64,000 nt of DNA. Origin: an uncultured delta proteobacterium (lineage in GTDB: Bacteria; Desulfobacterota; Binatia; UBA9968). This document shows, piece by piece, positions 21,341 through 29,998 of this stretch. The notes beneath the pieces were generated by a model. It searched no databases, was not told the origin of the DNA, and saw nothing but the letters and a program-made list of their open reading frames with translations. The stretch is taken from contig CAVSHR010000004.1 in NCBI GenBank assembly GCA_963727625.1, positions 640,001 to 704,000 of the forward strand, written 5' to 3'. Each line of letters starts with the position of its first letter. Positions within the stretch are counted from its first letter, which is position 1. The position numbers were made by a program, and so were the translations under genes.

Positions 21341-24300
21341 TCAATCGATCTTCGCTTGGGAGCGGCCGTGTTCGGAGCGGAAAAACGCCGTGCGGTTCAA
21401 AACTTTTTCCTGGAATTCCTCGAGATAGAGATAAATTACCGGGGTGATGAACAGGGTGATGAACTGCGACACCACCAGCCCGCCGACGATGACCAAACCC
21501 AGCGGGCGCCGCGATGCGCCGTCGGCGCCGAAGCCGAGCGCGATCGGAATCGCGCCAAACACCGCTGCGAGCGTGGTCATGAGGATCGGCCGGAAGCGGT
21601 CCATGCTCGCGTCGTGGATAGCCTTCTCCGCCGATTCGCCGAGGTCGATGCGCTGCAGCGCAAAGTCGACGATCAGGATGCCGTTCTTTTTAACGATGCC
21701 CATGAGCATGAACATACCGACGAAAGCGTACAGCGAGGCCTGTTCGCCGAAAAGGTATAGAGTCAGCAAACCGCCGACAAGGGCGGTGGGCAAGGTCGAC
21801 AGCACTGTCAGCGGATGGAGATAGCTCTCGTAAAGGATTGCCAGGATCACGTACATGACGAACACCGCCAGCGCCATCAGGAGGGTCAGATCGCGCACGG
21901 TGTTGCTGAAAGTCAACGCTTCGCCCTGCAGGCTGGCGCGCAGCGTCGGCGGCACGACTTCGGCCGCGGCCTTGGTGATGAAGTCGGTAGCGTCGCCGAT
22001 GGCAATGCCGGGCTTGAGATTAAAGAACAGAGTCATGCTGGTGAATTGGTTGAGATGATTGACCGCCTGGGGGCCGAGAGATTTTTTCCAGGTTACCAAC
22101 ACGTCGACGGGCACGAGCCGCTTGCCGTCGTCGGACTTGATATAAAGCAACGTCAAGTCGTTCGCTGTCGCGCGAGCGCTGTCTTGCGCCTCAAGGATCA
22201 CCTGGTATTGGTCCTCCGGCTTCTTGATCAGGTACACATAGTTCTGCGAATAGGCGCTGCGCAGCAACGATAAAATGCGCGCCTCGGAGACGCCGTAGAC
22301 CTTGGCCTGTTCACGCCGGATCTCGATATCAAGATTCGGCGTGTTGTTGAAATAATCCGACGAGACGGTAAGAAAACCCGGGTATCCGTGCATTCTTTCC
22401 ATGAGCTTGGCGCCGGCGCCGTAAACTTGCCCAGGATTGATGCCGGAGATGGAAAAGGCGTACTGACCCTGATTCTGATTGGTCGCACCGGTGCTGATCT
22501 CGAGCACCGGAAACGGCCGGAGGAAAGCCATAACTCCGGGGATCGCGCTCATATTGCCCATTAACTTCGCCACTTCTTCACGGATCGGCGGACGCGCGTA
22601 GGGCGGCTTGAGAAAAGTAAAAACAATCCCTTGATTGGACGCAAGGAATTGACTCAGGCCGGTCACCTCGACGGTCGCCATCACGTTGGGATTGGCCAAC
22701 AAGACTTCATCAACGCGATCCTGAATGCTGCGCATCTGCTCCGGCGATGATCCTTCCCGGCCGATGAAAACCCCGGTGACGACGCTGCTGTCCCCCGGCG
22801 GTAAAAATGCCTTGGGAATGATCATAAAAAGTTCCACCGTGCCGGCCAGACAAAACACCCAGATCAACACCGAAATCCAGCGATGCTCGATGCACCAGGT
22901 GAGCGCCGTCGCGTAGCGCGCCAACACGCGCCGTTCGATGCCGCCGGCTACCCGTTCCACCCAGGTGCGCGCGGAGCCTGCGCCGCGGTCTTTGAGCAAG
23001 CGCGCGCACATGAGCGGCGTCAAGGTCAACGAAACCAGGCCCGAAGCGAAAATCGCGATGACGATGGTGACCGCGAACTCGCGAAAAATCCGACCCACTA
23101 ACCCGGACATAAACACCAAAGGAATGAAGACCGCCGCCAGCGAGACGGTCATCGAGACGATGGTAAAGCTGATTTCCTTGGCGCTCTGAATCGTCGCTTC
23201 CAACGCCCGTTCGCCATGCTCCATGCGGCGCACGGTATTTTCCAAAAATACGATAGCGTCATCGACCAGGAAACCGATCGCCAGGGTAAGCGCCATGAGC
23301 GACAGATTGTCGAGGCTGTAGCCCAACAAATGCATCGCGACAAAAGTCAGCAGCAGGGAAATCGGCAACGCCACCGCCGGAATCAGCGTGTCGGTCGCCC
23401 GGCCGAGGAAGAGAAAGATCACGAGCACGACCAGGAAAAAGGCGATCGCCAGCGTCTCTTGAACGTCGTTGACCGAGTTGACGATGCCGCGCGAACGATC
23501 ATAGAGCGGCGTGATGCGCACCGAGCCCGGCAGCTCCGCGCTGATCACCGGCAGCAAGGCGCGAATACGGTCGGCCACCTCCACCGCGTTGGCGCCGGCT
23601 TGGCGGTAAACCGCGAGCACGACGGTGGCCGCGGGCACGGGGTAACCGCGGGCCCAAAAGCGCATGCTGACGCGCTCGTCCTGCACCGATTCGCGCGCCG
23701 TCGCTAGGTCGCGCAGATAAACCGGCGCGCCGTTTGAAGAACCGACGATCAATCGATTGTATTCCTCCGCGCTCGCCAGTTGGCCTTGGGGCCGCAGCAA
23801 GGTGGTTCCACTTTTGGAGTCGAATTGCCCCGCCCCGGTGTAACTCGTGCCGTTCTTTATCGCGGCGGAAAGATCTTCAAAGGAAATACCGCGCGCCCAC
23901 ATGGCCGAAGGGTTCGCTTTAATGCGGATCGCCGACTTGGCACCGAACACGTTTACGCGCGACACTCCGGACAAAATGCTGATGCGCTGGCCGATCTGCG
24001 TGCTGCCGATATCGTAGAGCTGGCCGCGGGTGATCGAGTCGCTGGTGAGCGCGATGTACATGATCGGCTGATCGTTGGGATTGGTCTTGGAAAAAGTCGG
24101 CGGCGAAGGTAGGTCCACGGGCAAGCTGCCGGTGGCCTGGGAAATCGCGGTCTGCACGTCGGTGGCCGCGGCGTCGATGCTTTTGTTTAGGTTGAACTGA
24201 AGCGTCAGGCTGGTGTGTCCCTGGGTGCTCTTTGAGGTCACCAGTTCCAGCCCGTTAATTTGCATGAACTGGCGCTCGAGCGGCGTGGCGATATTGTTGG

Positions 24301-24478
24301 CGACGGTTTCGGGACTGGCACCGGGATAACTCGCTTGAACCTGAATGACCGGATAATCCACCGCCGGGAGGTCGTTTACCGGCAAGCGAAAATAACTGAG
24401 GATGCCGAACAAAATCACCGACAGGGTCAAGACCGCGGTCATGACCGGCCGGCGAACGAATGGCTCTGAGAAATTCAC
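21341..24478 (-). CDS. RND efflux permease (AcrB/MdtBC-like)
   Basis: 1045 aa; 'NFSEPFVRRPV', 'GFLVDDAIVFLEN', 'GIVKKNGILIVDFA', 'RFRPILMTT'. Confidence 0.95.
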   Translation of the reverse strand: MNFSEPFVRRPVMTAVLTLSVILFGILSYFRLPVNDLPAVDYPVIQVQASYPGASPETVANNIATPLERQFMQINGLELVTSKSTQGHTSLTLQFNLNKSIDAAATDVQTAISQATGSLPVDLPSPPTFSKTNPNDQPIMYIALTSDSITRGQLYDIGSTQIGQRISILSGVSRVNVFGAKSAIRIKANPSAMWARGISFEDLSAAIKNGTSYTGAGQFDSKSGTTLLRPQGQLASAEEYNRLIVGSSNGAPVYLRDLATARESVQDERVSMRFWARGYPVPAATVVLAVYRQAGANAVEVADRIRALLPVISAELPGSVRITPLYDRSRGIVNSVNDVQETLAIAFFLVVLVIFLFLGRATDTLIPAVALPISLLLTFVAMHLLGYSLDNLSLMALTLAIGFLVDDAIVFLENTVRRMEHGERALEATIQSAKEISFTIVSMTVSLAAVFIPLVFMSGLVGRIFREFAVTIVIAIFASGLVSLTLTPLMCARLLKDRGAGSARTWVERVAGGIERRVLARYATALTWCIEHRWISVLIWVFCLAGTVELFMIIPKAFLPPGDSSVVTGVFIGREGSSPEQMRSIQDRVDEVLLANPNVMATVEVTGLSQFLASNQGIVFTFLKPPYARPPIREEVAKLMGNMSAIPGVMAFLRPFPVLEISTGATNQNQGQYAFSISGINPGQVYGAGAKLMERMHGYPGFLTVSSDYFNNTPNLDIEIRREQAKVYGVSEARILSLLRSAYSQNYVYLIKKPEDQYQVILEAQDSARATANDLTLLYIKSDDGKRLVPVDVLVTWKKSLGPQAVNHLNQFTSMTLFFNLKPGIAIGDATDFITKAAAEVVPPTLRASLQGEALTFSNTVRDLTLLMALAVFVMYVILAILYESYLHPLTVLSTLPTALVGGLLTLYLFGEQASLYAFVGMFMLMGIVKKNGILIVDFALQRIDLGESAEKAIHDASMDRFRPILMTTLAAVFGAIPIALGFGADGASRRPLGLVIVGGLVVSQFITLFITPVIYLYLEEFQEKVLNRTAFFRSEHGRSQAKID

Positions 24479-25644
24479 GAATTAGCCGCCGGAGTTTCGG
24501 ATGGCGATCTTTTCGGCGAGCTCTGGGGTTGCACCAGCCGCACTTTTCCGCCGGGCGTGACGCCCAGCTGGCCGTTCACGACCACGCGCTCGCCGGCTTT
24601 GAGGCCGCTGTTGATGACCACCAGATCGTTATGTTGCTGTCCCAATTTAACCAAGCGCAACTCAGCGCTTAGGTCCGGCTTGATCACGTAAACGAACGAA
24701 CCCTTGGCGGACAACTGCGGCGCGCTCGCTGGCACCAACACGGCGTCCCGCTGGGTTTGCAGGATGAGACGAATTTTGGCAAAGCGACCCGGCCAAAAGC
24801 GCCGATCGCGGTTGCTGAGGGTCGCGCGCAGTTTGATCGTGCCGGTGTTGTCCTGTACGGAATTATCAAGAAACGTGAGAGTGCCTTCGCGAGGTTCGGA
24901 GCCGTCTTCAGCCAACCGCACCTCGACGCGTAACCTCCGTTTAGCCATATTGCGCTGCACGGCGCCGAGTTCGCCCTCGGTCACGGTGAAGTCGGCGTAA
25001 ATCGGCTCGAGACGCTGAATGACCAAGAGTGAACCGCCATTCGCCGACACCACATTTCCGACATCGGTCGTGCGTTGCCCAGCCCGGCCGTTGATCGGCG
25101 AGCGGATCGTGCAGTAGGCCAGATTGAGCCGCGCGCTTGCCAGCGCCGCGCGGCTTTGCTGCATCGTCGCTTCGGCCGTTTCCACGGCGCTTTTCTTGGT
25201 GTCGAAATCTTGGCGCGATACCGCGCGCGAGTCGCTGATTTTTTCGACGCGCGCGAAATTTACTCTGGCCAGATGGAGCGCCGCCTCGGCTTGAGCCAGA
25301 TTCGCCTCAGCCTGGTGCAGCTGGGCTTCATAGGGGCGCGGATCGATGGTGAACAGCAAGTCGCCGACTTTGACATCGGCGCCGTCGGTGAAGTGAATTT
25401 TGGTGATGCGGCCGGAAACTTGCGGTTGGATCGACACCACTTCCCGGGCGACGATTTTGCCGACCGCATCGATATAGACCGGCACATCTTGAGCGACCGC
25501 CGGCGCCACCGTTACCGATGCCGGCGGGCGCTCAAATGCGGGTGGAGTTTTTTTTTCGCAGCTGGTGGACAGGCTGGCGGCGATCAACGCTGCGCCGAGC
25601 GCTCCGAATCTGGGCCATTGCCAGGCGATTCGGCGATCTGTCAC
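24475..25644 (-). CDS. RND efflux periplasmic adaptor (MdtA-like)
   Basis: 'IQPQVSGRI', 'LLFTIDPRPY', 'TIRSPINGRAG', 'DNSVQDNTGTIKLRA'. Confidence 0.93.
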   Translation of the reverse strand: MTDRRIAWQWPRFGALGAALIAASLSTSCEKKTPPAFERPPASVTVAPAVAQDVPVYIDAVGKIVAREVVSIQPQVSGRITKIHFTDGADVKVGDLLFTIDPRPYEAQLHQAEANLAQAEAALHLARVNFARVEKISDSRAVSRQDFDTKKSAVETAEATMQQSRAALASARLNLAYCTIRSPINGRAGQRTTDVGNVVSANGGSLLVIQRLEPIYADFTVTEGELGAVQRNMAKRRLRVEVRLAEDGSEPREGTLTFLDNSVQDNTGTIKLRATLSNRDRRFWPGRFAKIRLILQTQRDAVLVPASAPQLSAKGSFVYVIKPDLSAELRLVKLGQQHNDLVVINSGLKAGERVVVNGQLGVTPGGKVRLVQPQSSPKRSPSETPAANS

Positions 25645-25656
25645 GACAACCTCGTT

Positions 25657-26085
25657 TCAAGCCACGAGACGTTGCTCGGCGCCGGCCGCGCCCGGTAGCT
25701 TGGCCTGCACCGCGTTGCGCGCCTTCGCTTCCCACTGGCGCAACCCGCGGCGAATGTAGTTCGGGTCGAGATTCAACATCGTACAAACCGAAATAAAGGA
25801 GCAGAACCAGCTGTCGTCATCGCTGAACAACCAGTCTTTGGCTTCCTCGAACAGTGTGCGCCTTTTGCCGCCCACCGCAAATAAATTTTCCTGGTAGCAA
25901 CGGACACCGTCTTCTAAGATCGCGAGCAACAAAATCCGTTCCGCCTCCAATGGGATCTTGCGCCGAAAATTCGCGGCGTAGTCCTCGCCCAAAAGAGTGT
26001 CGGGCTGGAATAATGAGCCGATCCGCTCATCCAAGCCCTGAGTCCGCTGGGCGGCCCCATTGTTAGTTGTACCCTGCGCTTTCAT
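25657..26085 (-). CDS. Hypothetical protein, 142 aa
   Basis: GGAGG RBS; 12 nt from the downstream adaptor gene; protein-like sequence 'ERILLLAILEDGV...EAKDWLFSDDDSWFCSFISVCTMLNLDPNYIRRGL'. Confidence 0.8.
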   Translation of the reverse strand: MKAQGTTNNGAAQRTQGLDERIGSLFQPDTLLGEDYAANFRRKIPLEAERILLLAILEDGVRCYQENLFAVGGKRRTLFEEAKDWLFSDDDSWFCSFISVCTMLNLDPNYIRRGLRQWEAKARNAVQAKLPGAAGAEQRLVA

Positions 26086-26111
26086 TTTTCCTCCATAACT
26101 TTAATTTAACG

Positions 26112-26133
26112 CGATAGTAAATCTTTACTCACC
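26112..26133. promoter_or_regulatory. Putative TetR operator, site 2
   Basis: Core palindrome AGTAAA-tc-TTTACT; related to the site at 26846-26867. Confidence 0.55.
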
Positions 26134-26151
26134 TAGTTTTTAAAGTGAACC

Positions 26152-26841
26152 TCAGCTGCCCAAAAGTCGCAAAGCCTTCGGGCTGTAATATCGCCGTACC
26201 GCCTCTTCCTTGAGGCCGATGCCCAGCAGACCGAACCAGGTCGCCTGGCCCACCAGCTCTTCTCTGGACACCTTGTAATTGACCGCCGGAGTCTTTGGCT
26301 GCAAGTGCAGCATCAACGAAAACGCCACGTGCTGCACCAGCCAGACGCAAAGATCACGGCGGATTGGCACATCGTGCATTTCCCCGGCCTTGGCCGCCGC
26401 GTGCAAGCAAGCCTCGAACTTTTTCAACCATGCCGCCGCCAGCTTCTTGTGCATCAACCGGACGAACTCCCCGTCGCCGAGCAGACTGCGCACCAACAAC
26501 GCATTCATCGCCGCCCGGTGGCGATCGCCGGCACGACCTAGCACGTAGTGCGAGATCATGAAGTGAACCATGACCACCAGCGTCGAGGTGGACGCCTCGA
26601 GCTCTAAGATCCGGCTCGCTTCGGCGAAAGTCGGCCCCTTTGAGCAACCATCGAGCATCGCCGCGTAAAGCGACTCCTTGCTCGGGAAATGCTTGTACAG
26701 CAGCGCTTCGGAAACCCCGGCGGCTTTGGCCAATTCCCGCGTCGTCGTGCCGTCAAAGCCCTTCTCGGCAAAAACGTCTTGGACGGCCTCGACGATCGCT
26801 TCCTTTCGAGCCTCGGCGGACAAGCGCGGTGAGTGCGACAT
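26152..26841 (-). CDS. TetR/AcrR family transcriptional regulator
   Basis: HTH 'GTTTRELAKAAGVSEALLYKHFPSKE'. Confidence 0.92.
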   Translation of the reverse strand: MSHSPRLSAEARKEAIVEAVQDVFAEKGFDGTTTRELAKAAGVSEALLYKHFPSKESLYAAMLDGCSKGPTFAEASRILELEASTSTLVVMVHFMISHYVLGRAGDRHRAAMNALLVRSLLGDGEFVRLMHKKLAAAWLKKFEACLHAAAKAGEMHDVPIRRDLCVWLVQHVAFSLMLHLQPKTPAVNYKVSREELVGQATWFGLLGIGLKEEAVRRYYSPKALRLLGS

Positions 26842-26845
26842 TAAG

Positions 26846-26867
26846 GGTTAGTTAGCATTTACTTACC
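26846..26867. promoter_or_regulatory. Putative TetR autoregulatory operator, site 1
   Basis: Imperfect palindrome GGTTAGTTAGCATTTACTTACC between a minus-strand TTGACA (26873-26878) and the ATG. Confidence 0.55.
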
Positions 26868-27165
26868 AGCGTTGTCAAGGAAAATCTTCGGCGCCCCTTT
26901 TAGACTGCGACACGGCAACCTCAAGCAGCTGAGTTAAGGAAAATTCTGTGCAAGGCCACGGCGAGCGAGAGGCGCGTCAAATCAGACACCTATTGCACCT
27001 CGTTAAAGAACGGTCAGGGGCCGTTCACTCCGCACCGGAATGGTTCCATAACGCCTAGCGCTCACACCCCAGACACCGCTGACTTTGCGCCGCCAAGGCA
27101 GAGTTAGACTAAATTCGGAATTGTTTTCTTACTCCGAACTCCAAACGACATTCGGGTGCTCGAAA

Positions 27166-29712
27166 TCAGCCGCGCAACAAATTGTTCCAACGCTCGCGGC
27201 AGAGCACCGCCACTCGGAGTCTTTCGAGATGCTGCTCCATCTGCTTAGTTCCCTGCTTGACCGGGTGGGTTGCAAAAAATTGCCGCACTTCGGTCTCGAG
27301 TTCGCGACTTACCAGCCCGACGATTCCTTCGCACATGCGCGGGATCGAGTTATCCGGGTATTGCCGCAGCAGATCCTCCCAGTGCACGTTCATAAACGAC
27401 CAGGCGCGTTGCCGGGCGTGCTTGTTGAGCAGGATGCCGCGCATCAAATAGGGCGAATTTTGCGTGCGCACCTCGCCATTGATCGTCATCTCGAGAGTCC
27501 GGTCGATCAGCTCGAGCGCGCGAAAGCCGGCTAAAGCAAATAGATAACGGGTTTCTTCCTGCGGCGTCTGGGCCATTTTGAACCGATGGTAAAACTTTTC
27601 GTAATCCGTCGACGCGCCGGTATGCGCAACGATGGCCACCAGCGCTGGAACCAGGTTGGAGTCCATGCTCTCGGGCGCCTTTTCATATCGAGCAAAGAGC
27701 TCGCCGGCACGCTGCTGGCAAGCGCGGTCGCCGGCGATGGTGCCGAGCGCGCCGATCAGGTCGCCGCGCAGCTGGCTCTCCAACGGGCTCTCGCCCGTTT
27801 TGACCGACCAGCCGAAGCGCTCCACCGCCGGTGCCAGAAGCCGGCGCAGGCGTTCTTCCAATCGGGCGCACTGAGCGTCCTCGAGGATTCGGTCGAGATG
27901 ATGGCAGGAACCGATCACGGCGGTCCACACGTTGACGTCGTTATCGTCGCGGACCAGCTCGATCAAGTCGAGATAATCCGTGAGCGAGGTCAGCCCCGCC
28001 ATGGTCGCCGCCCATGTGTCGTTGACGACGCTGAAGCGCTCCACCGCGCTAAGCCGCTCGCGCCAGCGCGCTTTAAGCGCGTCGAGCATCTCGCCGCTGT
28101 AACGCACCCGGTAAAAGCCGTGGCCGCCGGAGTTGACGATGACCCAGTCGGGGTTTTCCGGCAGCTCGATGCTCTGCTCGGGCTCGGTCAATAGGAAGGT
28201 TTGCTGCACGACGCCGGATCGGGTGCCGGCACGCAGAAAAATTGGCACATGCCATGCGCGTTCCTGATCGGTGCCGTCTTGCAGATAGCGAAACATGCGC
28301 TGCGAGAAGCGCACTTCGCGCGCGGATTTTTCCACGCTGATCAGCGGATAGCCCGCCTGGAAAATCCAGCTGTCCATGACCGCCCGCACCGGCTGTTTGG
28401 CGGAATCTTCGAGCGCGTCCCAGAGATCGGTGGTCTCGGCGTTGGCGTATTTATGACGTTGCAGGTAGAGACGGATGCCGTCGCGAAAGGTTTCGGCGCC
28501 TAAGTACTGCTCGAGCATGCGCAGCACGGATGCGCCTTTTTCATAGGTGAGGACATCGAACATACCGGCGGCTTCTTCCGGTTTTTCCACCGGGAACTCG
28601 ATGGGTCGTGTGCTCTTGAGCCCGTCCACTTGCATCGCCGCAGCGCGCGACACCGTGAAACTGTCCCAGCGGCGCCATTCGGGTTTCCAGGCGTCAACCG
28701 CGAGCATCTCCATGAATGTCGCAAACGCCTCGTTTAACCACAGACCGTTCCACCACGTCATCGTCACCAGGTCGCCGAACCACATATGGGCGTTTTCGTG
28801 CGCGACCACGTCGGCCACCCGTTCAAGCTCGGCGCGCGTGGCACGCTCGCTGTCGACTAAAAGTGCGGTTTCACGAAAAGTTATGGCGCCGAGATTTTCC
28901 ATGGCGCCCGACGCGAAATCGGGGATTGCAATCAAATCCAACTTGTCGCCCGGATAGGGAATGCCGTAGTAGCGACCGAAGTGTTGCAAAGAAGCTTTAC
29001 CGATTTCGAGGGCGAACTGCGCTAGATGCTGCTTACCCGGCACGGCCCAGACGCGCAGCGGCGTGTCCTCCACCAGCACCGGCTCGGTGGCTTCGAATTC
29101 GCCGACGATAAAAGCGACCAGATAAGTCGACATCTTCATCGAGTCGGCGAAGACAACTTCCTTCTTACCGGTCTCAGGCAAGACGGCCTCGCGCATGGTG
29201 CGCGCGTTGGATATCGCCGTAAGCCCCTCGTCCACCACCAGCGTGACTTGATAGACCGCCTTGAACGCTGGCTCGTCCCAGCAGGGAAACGCCCGACGGG
29301 CGTCGGTGGACTCGAATTGCGTCGATGCCAGAGTCTTGTCCGTTCCCTCAGCGTCCTTGTAGGTGCTGCGGTAAAAACCGTGCAGCTTGTCGTTGAGAAT
29401 CCCGGCGAACTGGATCTGCAGCTCGCACCGCCCCGGCGCCACGATCTCGGCGAAACTCAGCGTCGCCTGCTCGTTTTCCACGTCGAGCCGCACGATCCCA
29501 ACCGACGCCTTGCCGTCGCTCCGGCGCAATGAAATTCCATGGATGTCCAGCTCGGCGGCGTTGAGAACGATCTCGCGCACAGGCTGGTGGACGGTGAGGG
29601 AAACTTTTTCCTCGCCGGTGAAGGTCCAATTCACTAAATCCGGCGTCAGGGTTAGCTCGTAGCGCTCCGGCGTGACCGTCGTCGGCAAGCGGTAGGGTTG
29701 CTCTTTTGACAT
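27166..29712 (-). CDS. M1 family aminopeptidase (puromycin-sensitive/PepN-like) with ERAP1-like C-terminus
   Basis: GAMEN motif, HENAH...E zinc motif ('VAHENAHMWFGDLVTMTWWNGLWLNE'), 'ARRAFPCWDEP', 'YEKG'. Confidence 0.95.
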   Translation of the reverse strand: MSKEQPYRLPTTVTPERYELTLTPDLVNWTFTGEEKVSLTVHQPVREIVLNAAELDIHGISLRRSDGKASVGIVRLDVENEQATLSFAEIVAPGRCELQIQFAGILNDKLHGFYRSTYKDAEGTDKTLASTQFESTDARRAFPCWDEPAFKAVYQVTLVVDEGLTAISNARTMREAVLPETGKKEVVFADSMKMSTYLVAFIVGEFEATEPVLVEDTPLRVWAVPGKQHLAQFALEIGKASLQHFGRYYGIPYPGDKLDLIAIPDFASGAMENLGAITFRETALLVDSERATRAELERVADVVAHENAHMWFGDLVTMTWWNGLWLNEAFATFMEMLAVDAWKPEWRRWDSFTVSRAAAMQVDGLKSTRPIEFPVEKPEEAAGMFDVLTYEKGASVLRMLEQYLGAETFRDGIRLYLQRHKYANAETTDLWDALEDSAKQPVRAVMDSWIFQAGYPLISVEKSAREVRFSQRMFRYLQDGTDQERAWHVPIFLRAGTRSGVVQQTFLLTEPEQSIELPENPDWVIVNSGGHGFYRVRYSGEMLDALKARWRERLSAVERFSVVNDTWAATMAGLTSLTDYLDLIELVRDDNDVNVWTAVIGSCHHLDRILEDAQCARLEERLRRLLAPAVERFGWSVKTGESPLESQLRGDLIGALGTIAGDRACQQRAGELFARYEKAPESMDSNLVPALVAIVAHTGASTDYEKFYHRFKMAQTPQEETRYLFALAGFRALELIDRTLEMTINGEVRTQNSPYLMRGILLNKHARQRAWSFMNVHWEDLLRQYPDNSIPRMCEGIVGLVSRELETEVRQFFATHPVKQGTKQMEQHLERLRVAVLCRERWNNLLRG

Positions 29713-29760
29713 AGCGGCTCCTCGCTTTAGATTCTTACCTATTCAATGGTCGACAGAACG

Positions 29761-29905
29761 ACTGCAGGAAATTTTATCGTGCCAAGACGCCAAGAGGGCC
29801 GCTGATTTATTTTCCGACCTTGGCGCCCTTTTGCGCCTTTGCCCGAAACACGGTTTTTTTCCGATCTGGTATTCATTCCGAAATTTGAAAATAGGTTGGG
29901 TTAAA
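29761..29905 (+). repeat. Dispersed ~150 bp 'GCCAAGACGCCAAG' intergenic element, copy 1
   Basis: Aligns by eye along its length to the reverse complement of 32549-32705. Confidence 0.65.
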
Positions 29906-29998
29906 TTGAATCAACTCGAACTCGGTCGGTTTGCGCCATGCCTGCGTCTCTTCCAGCGCGCACAATCATCCTGCCACGCAACAACCTGCACTTCGCGT

